DNA from: a virus
Taxonomy: Duplodnaviria; Caudoviricetes
IMG/VR virus record: IMGVR_UViG_3300024287_000001
Coordinates: 1-44,990 of that record
Direction: 5' to 3' (one strand)
DNA: 44,990 nucleotides
Under the pieces are notes generated by a model. The model was not told where the DNA came from, did no database searches, and saw only the letters and a program-made list of their open reading frames with translations. The position numbers and the translations under genes were made by a program. Positions 17,432-24,822 of the stretch are shown here, piece after piece (position 1 is the first letter of the stretch; every line of letters begins with the position of its first letter).

Positions 17432-18276
17432 TCAACTCCCCATTCATCGTCGTCCACTTCGACGCCCTTGGTGGAGTCGAAGATCATGGCCTGCTGCACC
17501 TTCTCGTCGATGAAGCAGGTGGCCGGATCGGCCTTCATCTGGAAGTACTTCCGAGCCATCGGATCTTGAGGACCAAATCGGTTCTTGACCGTGGCAACAT
17601 CAAGCGTCCCAGCGTGAGCGTCACCCCACAGAGTGAGAATGAGCGTAGGAAGCTGGTTCGCTTTCCCCATGATGGCACTGCGAGGCGGAGGAGAACCACC
17701 CTTTGCCGACTCTGAGGTGTGATGAACAACCGTGATCGAAGTCTCCTGGTCACGAGCCATGTCCTTCAGTTCGGCCATGAGCGCCCAGTAGTTCTGCTCC
17801 CCGGCGCCCTCATAGTTGATGTCCATCATGATGTCGATGACCGTGTGGTGAGGATACGTACCCTTCAGGGTGCGGTACGCCTCAGCCTCCCGATACATGT
17901 GCTCCAAGGTGGGCGACGACATGAACGACCAGCGGATGTGCTGGTAGTCCTTCAGCGCCTCGTACGCCACCTTGGTCTGCATCATGACTTCAGTCTCCGC
18001 CTCAGTGGTGGAGATGTTCTGGTTCATGGCGAGCATGCGGCTCGCCACGGTGAAGTCATCGGAGTCGGAGGAGTGGTACATGGTCGGGACGTTCGGGCCC
18101 ATGCGCCTGACGATGTTCATCATGGCAACAGTCTTCATGGAGCCGGGAGGACCGGCGATCATCTGAATGCTGCCACGCCTGAACTGCATGCCGTTCTCGG
18201 CAAACACAGGCCAAGGAGTCGGCAGGGGCTCACCCGCCGAGACTCCTCGCTTGACGGTTCTGTGGAGTGTGCGCAA
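17428..18276 (-). CDS. DnaB/RecA-fold replicative helicase domain
   Basis: Walker A GPPGSMKT, Walker B TVIDIM, VVHH and VKNRFG motifs. Confidence 0.88.
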   Translation of the reverse strand: MRTLHRTVKRGVSAGEPLPTPWPVFAENGMQFRRGSIQMIAGPPGSMKTVAMMNIVRRMGPNVPTMYHSSDSDDFTVASRMLAMNQNISTTEAETEVMMQTKVAYEALKDYQHIRWSFMSSPTLEHMYREAEAYRTLKGTYPHHTVIDIMMDINYEGAGEQNYWALMAELKDMARDQETSITVVHHTSESAKGGSPPPRSAIMGKANQLPTLILTLWGDAHAGTLDVATVKNRFGPQDPMARKYFQMKADPATCFIDEKVQQAMIFDSTKGVEVDDDEWGVE

Positions 18277-18277
18277 G

Positions 18278-18397
18278 TCAGTGCCCCGTCAGCTTGGAGA
18301 TGGCCACGATCAGCATGAACAGCATCCCGAGGAAGAACAGGAGACCGAAGCCGCAACCCTGCGGGCCGCCGTTCGACTGTCGATTCGGACCGGACAT
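18278..18397 (-). CDS. 39-aa membrane protein
   Basis: TAATG coupling; MSGPNRQSNGGPQGCGFGLLFFLGMLFMLIVAISKLTGH. Confidence 0.65.
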   Translation of the reverse strand: MSGPNRQSNGGPQGCGFGLLFFLGMLFMLIVAISKLTGH

Positions 18398-18573
18398 TAC
18401 AGCTCCTCAATAGCAACGACGTGAGCCAGGAAGATGGTCTCTCGGGATGACCGGGAATTGATGGTGATCCGGTTGACCTTGGCGGCGATAGCCTCACCCA
18501 TCAAGTCGTCCATCTTGCTGAAGTCGACATCGGTCGTAACCTGAAGACCGGTCACCATGTGAATCCGAATCAT
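18397..18573 (-). CDS. Hypothetical protein
   Basis: SD GAGGAG before MIRIHMV. Confidence 0.65.
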   Translation of the reverse strand: MIRIHMVTGLQVTTDVDFSKMDDLMGEAIAAKVNRITINSRSSRETIFLAHVVAIEEL

Positions 18574-18617
18574 GCCCTCTCCTCTAAAGATTTCCTGTGG
18601 ATTTGTGTGCATTTGCG

Positions 18618-18659
18618 TGGACCGGAGGGGAGTCGAACCCCTCCTACGACCATCGGCCC
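18618..18659 (-). ncRNA. tRNA-like minihelix (acceptor stem + T arm, no D or anticodon arm)
   Basis: GGGCCGA-UGGUCGUAGG-AGGGG-UUCGACU-CCCCU-CCGGUCC-A; canonical T-loop; G3.U70 and A73. Confidence 0.6.
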
Positions 18660-18665
18660 TACCTG

Positions 18666-19163
18666 TTACGCAGTCTTCACGATCTTCACGCTGTACTTGT
18701 ACCGCGGCTTGACCTTGGCGAGCTGCTTGTAAGCCCACATGGTGCCCTCGCCGATGGTCGCCTCGGTGTCGAGCAACTCCTCCTTGAACTTGTCAAGGGT
18801 GTCGCCGTTCTTCAGCTCCCAGGTGGCATCGAAGGGCTCGAAGCCCTCCACCTTCTCACCCTTGGAGTTCTTCTTGCCGACCACCCGGACGGGGATCTCC
18901 ACGTCCTTCTCGTCCGGCAGGAACGAACCGGCCACCTTCTCCGGGTCGAAGGTGCCCTCACCCATGGGCTGCCACTTGGCGCCATCGTAGGGCTGGACGA
19001 TCCACTTGACCTTGCCCTCAACCTTCTGCGGAACCTGCTTCGGCTCGCCGGTCTGCAGAAGAAGCAGGCTCTCCCCGACCTCCTCGAACTTGATCCACTT
19101 CTGGTCGGAGGACTTGACCTTCGGGGCGTTGGGGTCACCGAACAGGTCTGCGTACGTTGCCAT
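18666..19163 (-). CDS. Putative ssDNA-binding protein
   Basis: KWIKFEEVGE N-terminus, highly biased codons, replication-module context. Confidence 0.55.
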   Translation of the reverse strand: MATYADLFGDPNAPKVKSSDQKWIKFEEVGESLLLLQTGEPKQVPQKVEGKVKWIVQPYDGAKWQPMGEGTFDPEKVAGSFLPDEKDVEIPVRVVGKKNSKGEKVEGFEPFDATWELKNGDTLDKFKEELLDTEATIGEGTMWAYKQLAKVKPRYKYSVKIVKTA

Positions 19164-19214
19164 GCTTTGCTCTCCTTGGTTTGGTTCTTACATGGTACCC
19201 GAGGACTGCTCGGG

Positions 19215-19610
19215 TCACCAGCCGTCGACGTCCACGACAACTTCGGGTGCAGGCTTCTTGGTCTCCCAGGGCTTCGGCTTGGCCGCAGGTGCGGCCTGCT
19301 TGTACGGAGCCTCGTTGACGTTCTCGATCTCAGTGGCGCCAAGGCCCTCAGTGACAGCCTGGACGGCCTCATCCTGGTCGCCCGAGGATTCCTCCAGGAC
19401 CGGCACCGCAGGCTGCGAGACGGGCGCCTGAGCGCCCGCAGCGATGGCCCGACCGGCCACCACCTCAGCCTGCTGGAAGGCATTGAGGGTGTTGGCATAC
19501 AGCGTTGCCAGCATCTCGGGGTTGAGCCGTGCAGCCTCTTCCTCGGTGCCCCGCCAGCTGACGTAGGCATACGGGATAGCGCTCGGCAGTCGGAACTCAA
19601 TCTCAGCCAT
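19215..19610 (-). CDS. Hypothetical protein (acidic, Ala/Pro-rich tail)
   Basis: SD GAGGAG; TGATG coupling. Confidence 0.75.
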   Translation of the reverse strand: MAEIEFRLPSAIPYAYVSWRGTEEEAARLNPEMLATLYANTLNAFQQAEVVAGRAIAAGAQAPVSQPAVPVLEESSGDQDEAVQAVTEGLGATEIENVNEAPYKQAAPAAKPKPWETKKPAPEVVVDVDGW

Positions 19611-19732
19611 CAGTTCTCCTCATCGTCCGACTCGTCACTCATGTGGTCCTCCGCCAGCGGGCAAAGGTCCCACTCGTCAGGGTCCTCACAGGTACAACTC
19701 CCCCAGTCGGAGAAGTATGCCCGGTCATCCAT
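19610..19732 (-). CDS. 40-aa acidic microprotein
   Basis: MDDRAYFSDWGSCTCEDPDEWDLCPL...; SD AGGAAGG. Confidence 0.6.
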   Translation of the reverse strand: MDDRAYFSDWGSCTCEDPDEWDLCPLAEDHMSDESDDEEN

Positions 19733-19743
19733 GCCTTCCTGGT

Positions 19744-19926
19744 TCACTTCGACTCCCTCTTTACCTGAGCTGCAACCAGGACTTCCCGGTGACCCTCCTT
19801 GTCGACCAGGTCCAGGAACCCATTGCCGTCCACCTCAAGGTGGTAACCGGCGCCGAAGGCGCGGGCGAACGCCTCGTAAATGGTGTTGGCGTGCTGCGCC
19901 TGAGTCTTAGAAGGGAGGCTGGTCAT
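19744..19926 (-). CDS. Hypothetical protein
   Basis: SD AGGAG before MTSLPSK. Confidence 0.6.
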   Translation of the reverse strand: MTSLPSKTQAQHANTIYEAFARAFGAGYHLEVDGNGFLDLVDKEGHREVLVAAQVKRESK

Positions 19927-20731
19927 GTCGACTCCTGTCGTAGTACCTTGCTCGGTCACTCAACGGCCCTGAATACTCAAGGCAGTTGACGTTGTTGAAA
20001 CACATCTTGCACATGTACTTCTTCTTGGCCTGAATCTGCATGGATTCCATGGCAGTCCGAACCTCTTGATACTTGGCCCCGACTTCGGTCGGGTCCACCT
20101 CGGAAAGATCGATGGGCCTGGCGACTGCGGCACCAGGCGCCAGCATGCAGAACCGGCCCTTGAACTTGATGTCCTTGAACCTGGGATCCAGCTTCAGTCT
20201 GGCGCCATAGGTTTCCAGCTGGAAGTTGTTCGAGGGCTTCTTGTTGCCGGACTTCCAGTCGTCGATGATCGGGCCAAGCTTCTTGTGCTCACCGACGATG
20301 TCGACGAAGCAGGAAAGGTCCACGGACAGCCCTGGAAGGGGCCCTGAGGCATCGTACTCCACCTCCCAGACATCTATGTCCTCCAAGAACTCCAAGGCCC
20401 TCTCGAAGCAGTCCTTGACCCTCTGGAGAGCCTTGTCTCCGGTGATGAAGCCGTTCTTCTCGGAGCCACCAGCCAGCCACTTGGAGAGATCGGGTTCGAT
20501 CTCCATCTGGGCGGAGATGAGCGGGTAGAAGTAGTCCTCGGCATCGTCAATCGGGTGGGTGGTGTTAGTGAGGTGATCCTCAACCATCGAGTGAACCGCG
20601 GAACCGATCGGGATGTACCAGGTCTGCACCTGCTCAGCCTGGCGGAGCTTGGAGAGGTACCAGTTCCGCGGGCAGTCCTTGTACGTGGAGTACTGGCTGA
20701 AGCTGATGTGTGGCGGAAGAGAGTATGTCAT
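19907..20731 (-). CDS. Cas4/RecB-like PD-(D/E)xK exonuclease
   Basis: HISFSQ...CPRNWYL, GSAVH, FVD, DWKSG, QLETY, CKMC...C. Confidence 0.9.
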   Translation of the reverse strand: MTYSLPPHISFSQYSTYKDCPRNWYLSKLRQAEQVQTWYIPIGSAVHSMVEDHLTNTTHPIDDAEDYFYPLISAQMEIEPDLSKWLAGGSEKNGFITGDKALQRVKDCFERALEFLEDIDVWEVEYDASGPLPGLSVDLSCFVDIVGEHKKLGPIIDDWKSGNKKPSNNFQLETYGARLKLDPRFKDIKFKGRFCMLAPGAAVARPIDLSEVDPTEVGAKYQEVRTAMESMQIQAKKKYMCKMCFNNVNCLEYSGPLSDRARYYDRSRHDQPPF

Positions 20732-21375
20732 CCCCTCACCTTAGCAGCAGCGCGCTTCTTCTGCACGCTGGCCAAGTCACGCTCAGCCTTGCAGGGGCGG
20801 CACACGTAGCCGGTGCTTCCGCGGTCGGTCCTGGCCACCCACTCGTCATGGTTCTTGCTGCATCGAATCCCGCGACTGAAGGGGACGCGCTTAGGGCGCG
20901 GCTTCTTGGCCTGCTTGTTGCGCCACTTCTTCTGATACTCGGAGGAGCAGACTCGGCAGTACCGAGAACCGTTGCTCCTGGGCTGCCAGTCGTTGTGACC
21001 CTCGGAGCACGTGTCCTCAGGGTCCTCTGAAGGCTTGGGCCCCGCGGTCGGCCCGAGAGGCCGACCTTTGTTTCCGAAGGGGATCGGAGGCATGATTCCA
21101 GCCCTCATGGACCACTCAAAATCTTCAGGGCTGGCGGATGAGTAGCAGAGATGCCACATAGGGCAGCTGTCGCAGATCTTCTTGGCCGCAGCCATGTTGG
21201 TGTCGTTGAGATCCCTGATCTCCACGCTTGTCAGGCCCTCAGCTACGGCGTCGCCCGGAAAGGCGACGTCGAACAGACTTGAAGGACTGAAGGCGCAGGC
21301 TGCCTCATCCTGCCAAATCCAGGTGTCAACCTCCCAGTCGTACACGGGGTCGGTCAGCAGGTGGGTGGTCTTCAT
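20728..21375 (-). CDS. WhiB-family transcription factor with two extra C-terminal Cys/His modules
   Basis: WQDEAAC...AKKICDSCPMWHLC...WSMRAG; then CSEGH..CRVC and CSKNH..CRPC. Confidence 0.8.
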   Translation of the reverse strand: MKTTHLLTDPVYDWEVDTWIWQDEAACAFSPSSLFDVAFPGDAVAEGLTSVEIRDLNDTNMAAAKKICDSCPMWHLCYSSASPEDFEWSMRAGIMPPIPFGNKGRPLGPTAGPKPSEDPEDTCSEGHNDWQPRSNGSRYCRVCSSEYQKKWRNKQAKKPRPKRVPFSRGIRCSKNHDEWVARTDRGSTGYVCRPCKAERDLASVQKKRAAAKVRG

Positions 21376-21448
21376 CTCTCTTCACTCTCCGCCCAAGGGG
21401 ACACGCCTCAGCGTGGACCCGTAGATCAACTGTGGTTGCTTACTGAAT

Positions 21449-21463
21449 AGTCTGTAGAGAACT
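21449..21463 (-). promoter_or_regulatory. Leader motif AGTTCTCTACAGACT (14/15 identical to 30977-30991 on +)
   Basis: Direct comparison of two operon leaders. Confidence 0.45.
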
Positions 21464-21579
21464 GTACGGGCTGCCCTCCCTGGGGGTCGGACAGCCCTTG
21501 ACCTGCGAACTTCGCAAGCTTCACAGTTAAGGAAACGTTTTGATCATGCTCCTTTGTTCCCTCTAGAAATTTTTCATGG

Positions 21580-21595
21580 CGTGACGTACATCACA
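21580..21595. promoter_or_regulatory. CRP-like palindrome upstream of the replication operon
   Basis: CGTGA-N6-TCACA vs consensus TGTGA-N6-TCACA. Confidence 0.45.
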
Positions 21596-21601
21596 TCACT
21601 C

Positions 21602-21703
21602 TCAGTGCATCCCCTTGGACTTGGCGTAGAAGTACATGATCAAGCCCAGGATGCCAACCAGGAGCATCAGGTCCCCTAGGCCACGCTTCTTCTTCTCGTT
21701 CAT
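21602..21703 (-). CDS. 33-aa membrane protein
   Basis: MNEKKKRGLGDLMLLVGILGLIMYFYAKSKGMH; ATGA coupling. Confidence 0.65.
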   Translation of the reverse strand: MNEKKKRGLGDLMLLVGILGLIMYFYAKSKGMH

Positions 21704-21819
21704 GACTCCTCTTCCTCGGTCATTCTGACCTGATTCCGGGCAGCACTGAACAGCGCTGCATCTTCGTCGTACTCATACCCAGCAAACGACTCGTCAGACA
21801 TTGCGTCGTAGTTGTGCAC
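21700..21819 (-). CDS. 39-aa acidic microprotein
   Basis: SD AGGGAG before the GTG; MHNYDAMSDESFAGYEY... Confidence 0.55.
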   Translation of the reverse strand: MHNYDAMSDESFAGYEYDEDAALFSAARNQVRMTEEEES

Positions 21820-21851
21820 AGGTTCTCCCTAAACGGAATGGGTGACGCTTG

Positions 21852-21860
21852 TGGTACTAT
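21852..21860 (+). promoter_or_regulatory. Extended -10 promoter giving a leaderless mRNA
   Basis: TG-G-TACTAT ends 7 nt before ATG 21868; no SD. Confidence 0.55.
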
Positions 21861-21867
21861 GTGCCAC

Positions 21868-22629
21868 ATGAAGACAACTGTGGTCGTTCCCGACATCCAG
21901 TGGCCCTATCATGATGGGGTCGCACTCAAAAAGGTGCTTAAGGTCATTGAGGACGTGCAGCCCTCTCAGGTAGTGCAGATCGGTGACGGCATCGACTTTC
22001 CCCAGGTGTCCCAGTGGTCTGTAGGTACGGCAGGAGCCTACGCACAGGACCTTCAGGAGCACATTGAGGGGTACCGCAAGGGTTTCCTTGCAGCGGTCCG
22101 AGATCGGGCCCCTAGGGCCCGTCTGCGGTGGCTGGAGGGCAATCACGACTTGCGCATCACTGCGTTCGTCAAGAAGTACGCTCCAGCCCTCTCGTCTCTC
22201 TCTTCCCTGTCGATGCCGTCACTGTTCGATCTGGAACCGCTTGGCTGGTCCTATGAGCAGGGCCCGATCAACATCGGGACCAACGTCTACGCGATCCACG
22301 GCCATGAGGCACCGGGGTACGCGCAGACCATCTCAGCATGGGACACCAAGTATGCCAAGCGCTACGGGTCGCACCGTTCCTACGTGTTCGGTCACACTCA
22401 CCAGCCTGCCCTTGTCACCCGAGCATTCGGATTCGAGGGCAAGGTGGACAGTCGCTTCACCATGAACGTCGGAAGCATCATGGATCCAGTGAAGGCCACC
22501 TACGTCAAGGACGGTAGTGTCTCCTGGACCATGTCTTTCGGACTGATTCACGATGACGGGAAGAGAGTGTACCCGGAGCTTGTTTGCATGACTGATCGTG
22601 GATTTTTTCTGGAAGGCAGGAAGTACTGA
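21868..22629 (+). CDS. Metallophosphoesterase (calcineurin-like)
   Basis: PDIQ, IGDGID, EGNHD, HGH and FGHTH motifs. Confidence 0.9.
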   Translation: MKTTVVVPDIQWPYHDGVALKKVLKVIEDVQPSQVVQIGDGIDFPQVSQWSVGTAGAYAQDLQEHIEGYRKGFLAAVRDRAPRARLRWLEGNHDLRITAFVKKYAPALSSLSSLSMPSLFDLEPLGWSYEQGPINIGTNVYAIHGHEAPGYAQTISAWDTKYAKRYGSHRSYVFGHTHQPALVTRAFGFEGKVDSRFTMNVGSIMDPVKATYVKDGSVSWTMSFGLIHDDGKRVYPELVCMTDRGFFLEGRKY

Positions 22630-23306
22630 TGACCTTTCTCGATGAGGTTGAGCCGCTCGTTCTCAAGGCGGCGATTGCAACTGTGCGGAAGTGGCCTTCC
22701 TATGTCGCGCTGGAGGATGTGGAGCAGGAGCTGAGGCTCTGGACTCTCACTAAGCAGAACTCCATCGAGACGGCCATGCGAGTGCAGGGCTGGGAAGCCA
22801 AGGTCTACTCCACGATGCTGAAGGTCGCTTCTAGCGCCGCATCTCTGGAGGACCAGCAGACAAATGGTTATTCAAAGGAGGACACGTACTCATATTCAGT
22901 ACCTGTCCTCGAAACACTTCTGGAATCCTGCTTCACCCATGAGGACTGGCAGTCGTTCGGCACCTTCGGTGACGGCATGCCACACGCCAAGGGCCAGGTC
23001 AATGAGACTGGTGACGTGCTGGCGATGCTCTCGGACGTGAAGGCTGGACTTGCCACCCTGAAGGCGGAGTACAGGGAGGTCCTGTACTACCGGTTCGGAC
23101 TCAAGTACACACACGAGGAGTTCGGGGAGCTCAAGGGCATCACCAAGGGCACGGCTCACCAGCGTTCCAGGCGAGCCGTAAGGGCCTTGCAGGCGGCCCT
23201 TGGGCAGGTGGACCTCACCGAGCTCCAGAACGGCTGGAGCGAGCGCAGAGAGGTTTTCAACAGTGATCGTTCCCAGATCTTGACGGAGCGGCAGTACAAC
23301 GGATGA
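22629..23306 (+). CDS. Sigma-factor-like protein (region 4 HTH)
   Basis: LEDVEQEL region-2-like segment; REVLYYRFGLKYTHEEFGELKGITKGTAHQRSRRA. Confidence 0.72.
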   Translation: MTFLDEVEPLVLKAAIATVRKWPSYVALEDVEQELRLWTLTKQNSIETAMRVQGWEAKVYSTMLKVASSAASLEDQQTNGYSKEDTYSYSVPVLETLLESCFTHEDWQSFGTFGDGMPHAKGQVNETGDVLAMLSDVKAGLATLKAEYREVLYYRFGLKYTHEEFGELKGITKGTAHQRSRRAVRALQAALGQVDLTELQNGWSERREVFNSDRSQILTERQYNG

Positions 23307-23311
23307 CCAGC

Positions 23312-23342
23312 AAGGCCCGGCACTCCGGTGCCGGGCCTTTTT
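23312..23342 (+). terminator. Intrinsic terminator between convergent genes
   Basis: AAGGCCCGGCAC-TCCG-GTGCCGGGCCTT followed by a T run. Confidence 0.88.
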
Positions 23343-23344
23343 GG

Positions 23345-23689
23345 TTACTTCACGTCGTACGCCCGAACATGCGCCCGATTGAGCGTGAAGGTGTTTCCGG
23401 TCTTCACGTTCTCTGCGAGTGCCAGCGGAGCGCCGTTCACCTTTGCCGCGGTGACGTGGTGGATGTAGACCTCGTTGCCGCCCATGGTGCGATACGTCTC
23501 CCCCTCCTCGAAGAACGGCTCAGGAGCGAGCTCCCAATTCTTCAATTCGTCGTCCTCATAGAGCCGAACGTTGTTGTGGTGCCCTTCTCGCACGACGTAG
23601 AAATACCCCTCCACGCTTCCGATGTAGAGCCAGCGGCTGCGACTGCCAGACCGACGGATGACCTCTCCCACCTTAGGGAAGTAGTCCAT
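23345..23689 (-). CDS. Hypothetical protein
   Basis: TAATG-coupled start MDYFPKVG. Confidence 0.7.
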   Translation of the reverse strand: MDYFPKVGEVIRRSGSRSRWLYIGSVEGYFYVVREGHHNNVRLYEDDELKNWELAPEPFFEEGETYRTMGGNEVYIHHVTAAKVNGAPLALAENVKTGNTFTLNRAHVRAYDVK

Positions 23690-24210
23690 TACCTGTTCCT
23701 CACCTTCACGTAATACTTCTTCATGTTCTCGTTCGAATCGGGCTGGATCTGCCCGGTTGCCAGGTCCTCCAGCAATACGCACTTGTTCCCTACGGCAATG
23801 ACCTTGCCGTGGTAGTAGCGCTGACTCCTGGATACAATGTTGCCGACCTGCCACTCCTCGTTCTTGCGAAGGAGTTCCGGGTCGGACCTGGTGTACTCGG
23901 TATACTTCCAGTACGGAGAATCCAGTGGTGCGAAGTCTCCGAACCGGCAGTCTGACGAGACAATCCATGCGTGCTCGCCATTGGTCCACGCAACAAGGTG
24001 GACCTTTGTGGTGAATGGAGACTTGAAGACTGCCCCCTCATGGAGAGGGGGCGTGCCAGCCTTCACGTCCTTGGTCAGCATGCCATGGAAGCCGTCAACG
24101 ATCCGGCGGCAGAACTTGGTGAGGGATTCCTCATCCTCCGCCCCCTTGTCGATCAGTTCCTCCAGCCATTCGACCTGCTTAGCTCTGGTCGGCAGGGTCA
24201 ATCGTCTCAC
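23689..24210 (-). CDS. Hypothetical protein
   Basis: Contiguous ORF, 173 aa. Confidence 0.7.
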   Translation of the reverse strand: MRRLTLPTRAKQVEWLEELIDKGAEDEESLTKFCRRIVDGFHGMLTKDVKAGTPPLHEGAVFKSPFTTKVHLVAWTNGEHAWIVSSDCRFGDFAPLDSPYWKYTEYTRSDPELLRKNEEWQVGNIVSRSQRYYHGKVIAVGNKCVLLEDLATGQIQPDSNENMKKYYVKVRNR

Positions 24211-24409
24211 TCTCCATGGTCACTCGCCCGATGGCGCGGAACACCGGCCGCGTGGTGGTCACCGACTTGTGGACGTACCATTCGGTGTTGGGGTAGATCT
24301 GCGCCAACTCCAGAGCCTTCGCCTGAGCCTGGGGGAGCTCACCATCCTCGAACCTGTAAGAGTTTATGTACGGTTCGGTCAGGTTGACGTCGTCGCTCAC
24401 GTAGTGCAT
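24179..24409 (-). CDS. Hypothetical protein
   Basis: SD AAAGGA before ATG. Confidence 0.65.
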   Translation of the reverse strand: MHYVSDDVNLTEPYINSYRFEDGELPQAQAKALELAQIYPNTEWYVHKSVTTTRPVFRAIGRVTMESETIDPADQS

Positions 24410-24426
24410 ACGCTTCCTTTCGTAGC

Positions 24427-24478
24427 AGGGCCATAGGCCGACAGGAGGGAGAGAGGTCTCCTGTCGACTTAAAGCCCT
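24427..24478 (-). ncRNA. Candidate anti-SD hairpin RNA complementary to the shared early-gene RBS
   Basis: GUCGACAGGAG-ACCUCUCUCC-CUCCUGUCGGC; complementary to GCCGACAAAGGGAGAGAG. Confidence 0.6.
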
Positions 24479-24497
24479 ACCCCCGAAGAGGCAGGGC
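24474..24497 (-). terminator. UUCG hairpin (terminator-like) overlapping the 5' arm of the anti-SD hairpin
   Basis: GCCCUGCCUC-UUCG-GGGGUAGGGC-UUU. Confidence 0.5.
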
Positions 24498-24508
24498 GGT
24501 TTTCTCTC

Positions 24509-24682
24509 CTACTTTTCGATCGGGTGAACGAACTCGGAGGGGAAGAGCTCGAAGTCTCGAACTCCCTCCCACTCAAAGCCGACAACGCTCATCGGCCGGT
24601 TGTCGACAGACGAAACCTCCATCAGGAGGACGCCATCGAAATCCGCGTAGCCAGGTGCATCGACAACCCTGACGTCATTCAT
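24509..24682 (-). CDS. 57-aa hypothetical protein (absent from the ORF track)
   Basis: SD GGAGG; MNDVRVVDAPGYADFDGVLLMEV... Confidence 0.7.
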   Translation of the reverse strand: MNDVRVVDAPGYADFDGVLLMEVSSVDNRPMSVVGFEWEGVRDFELFPSEFVHPIEK

Positions 24683-24698
24683 GGTACCTCCACTAGAT

Positions 24699-24800
24699 GG
24701 GCGGAAAGGGATGCATGAGGGGAAGTTCTTACCATCATAGGCGTGCGCTCCTAGGTAAGTGCCTACTTATGTTCGGCACCTCATGCATCCTTTACCGCCC
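24699..24800 (-). ncRNA. Branched structured RNA closed by a ~20-bp stem
   Basis: Arms 24699-24720 and 24779-24800; inner helices 24728-33/24754-59, 24738-41/24750-53, 24759-63/24775-79. Confidence 0.55.
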
Positions 24801-24822
24801 ACCCCGAAGGGTGGGCGTACTG

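Noticed and set aside
18600-18680. Complete tRNA gene
   Set aside because: Only 10 nt lie between the acceptor stem and T arm; no anticodon arm
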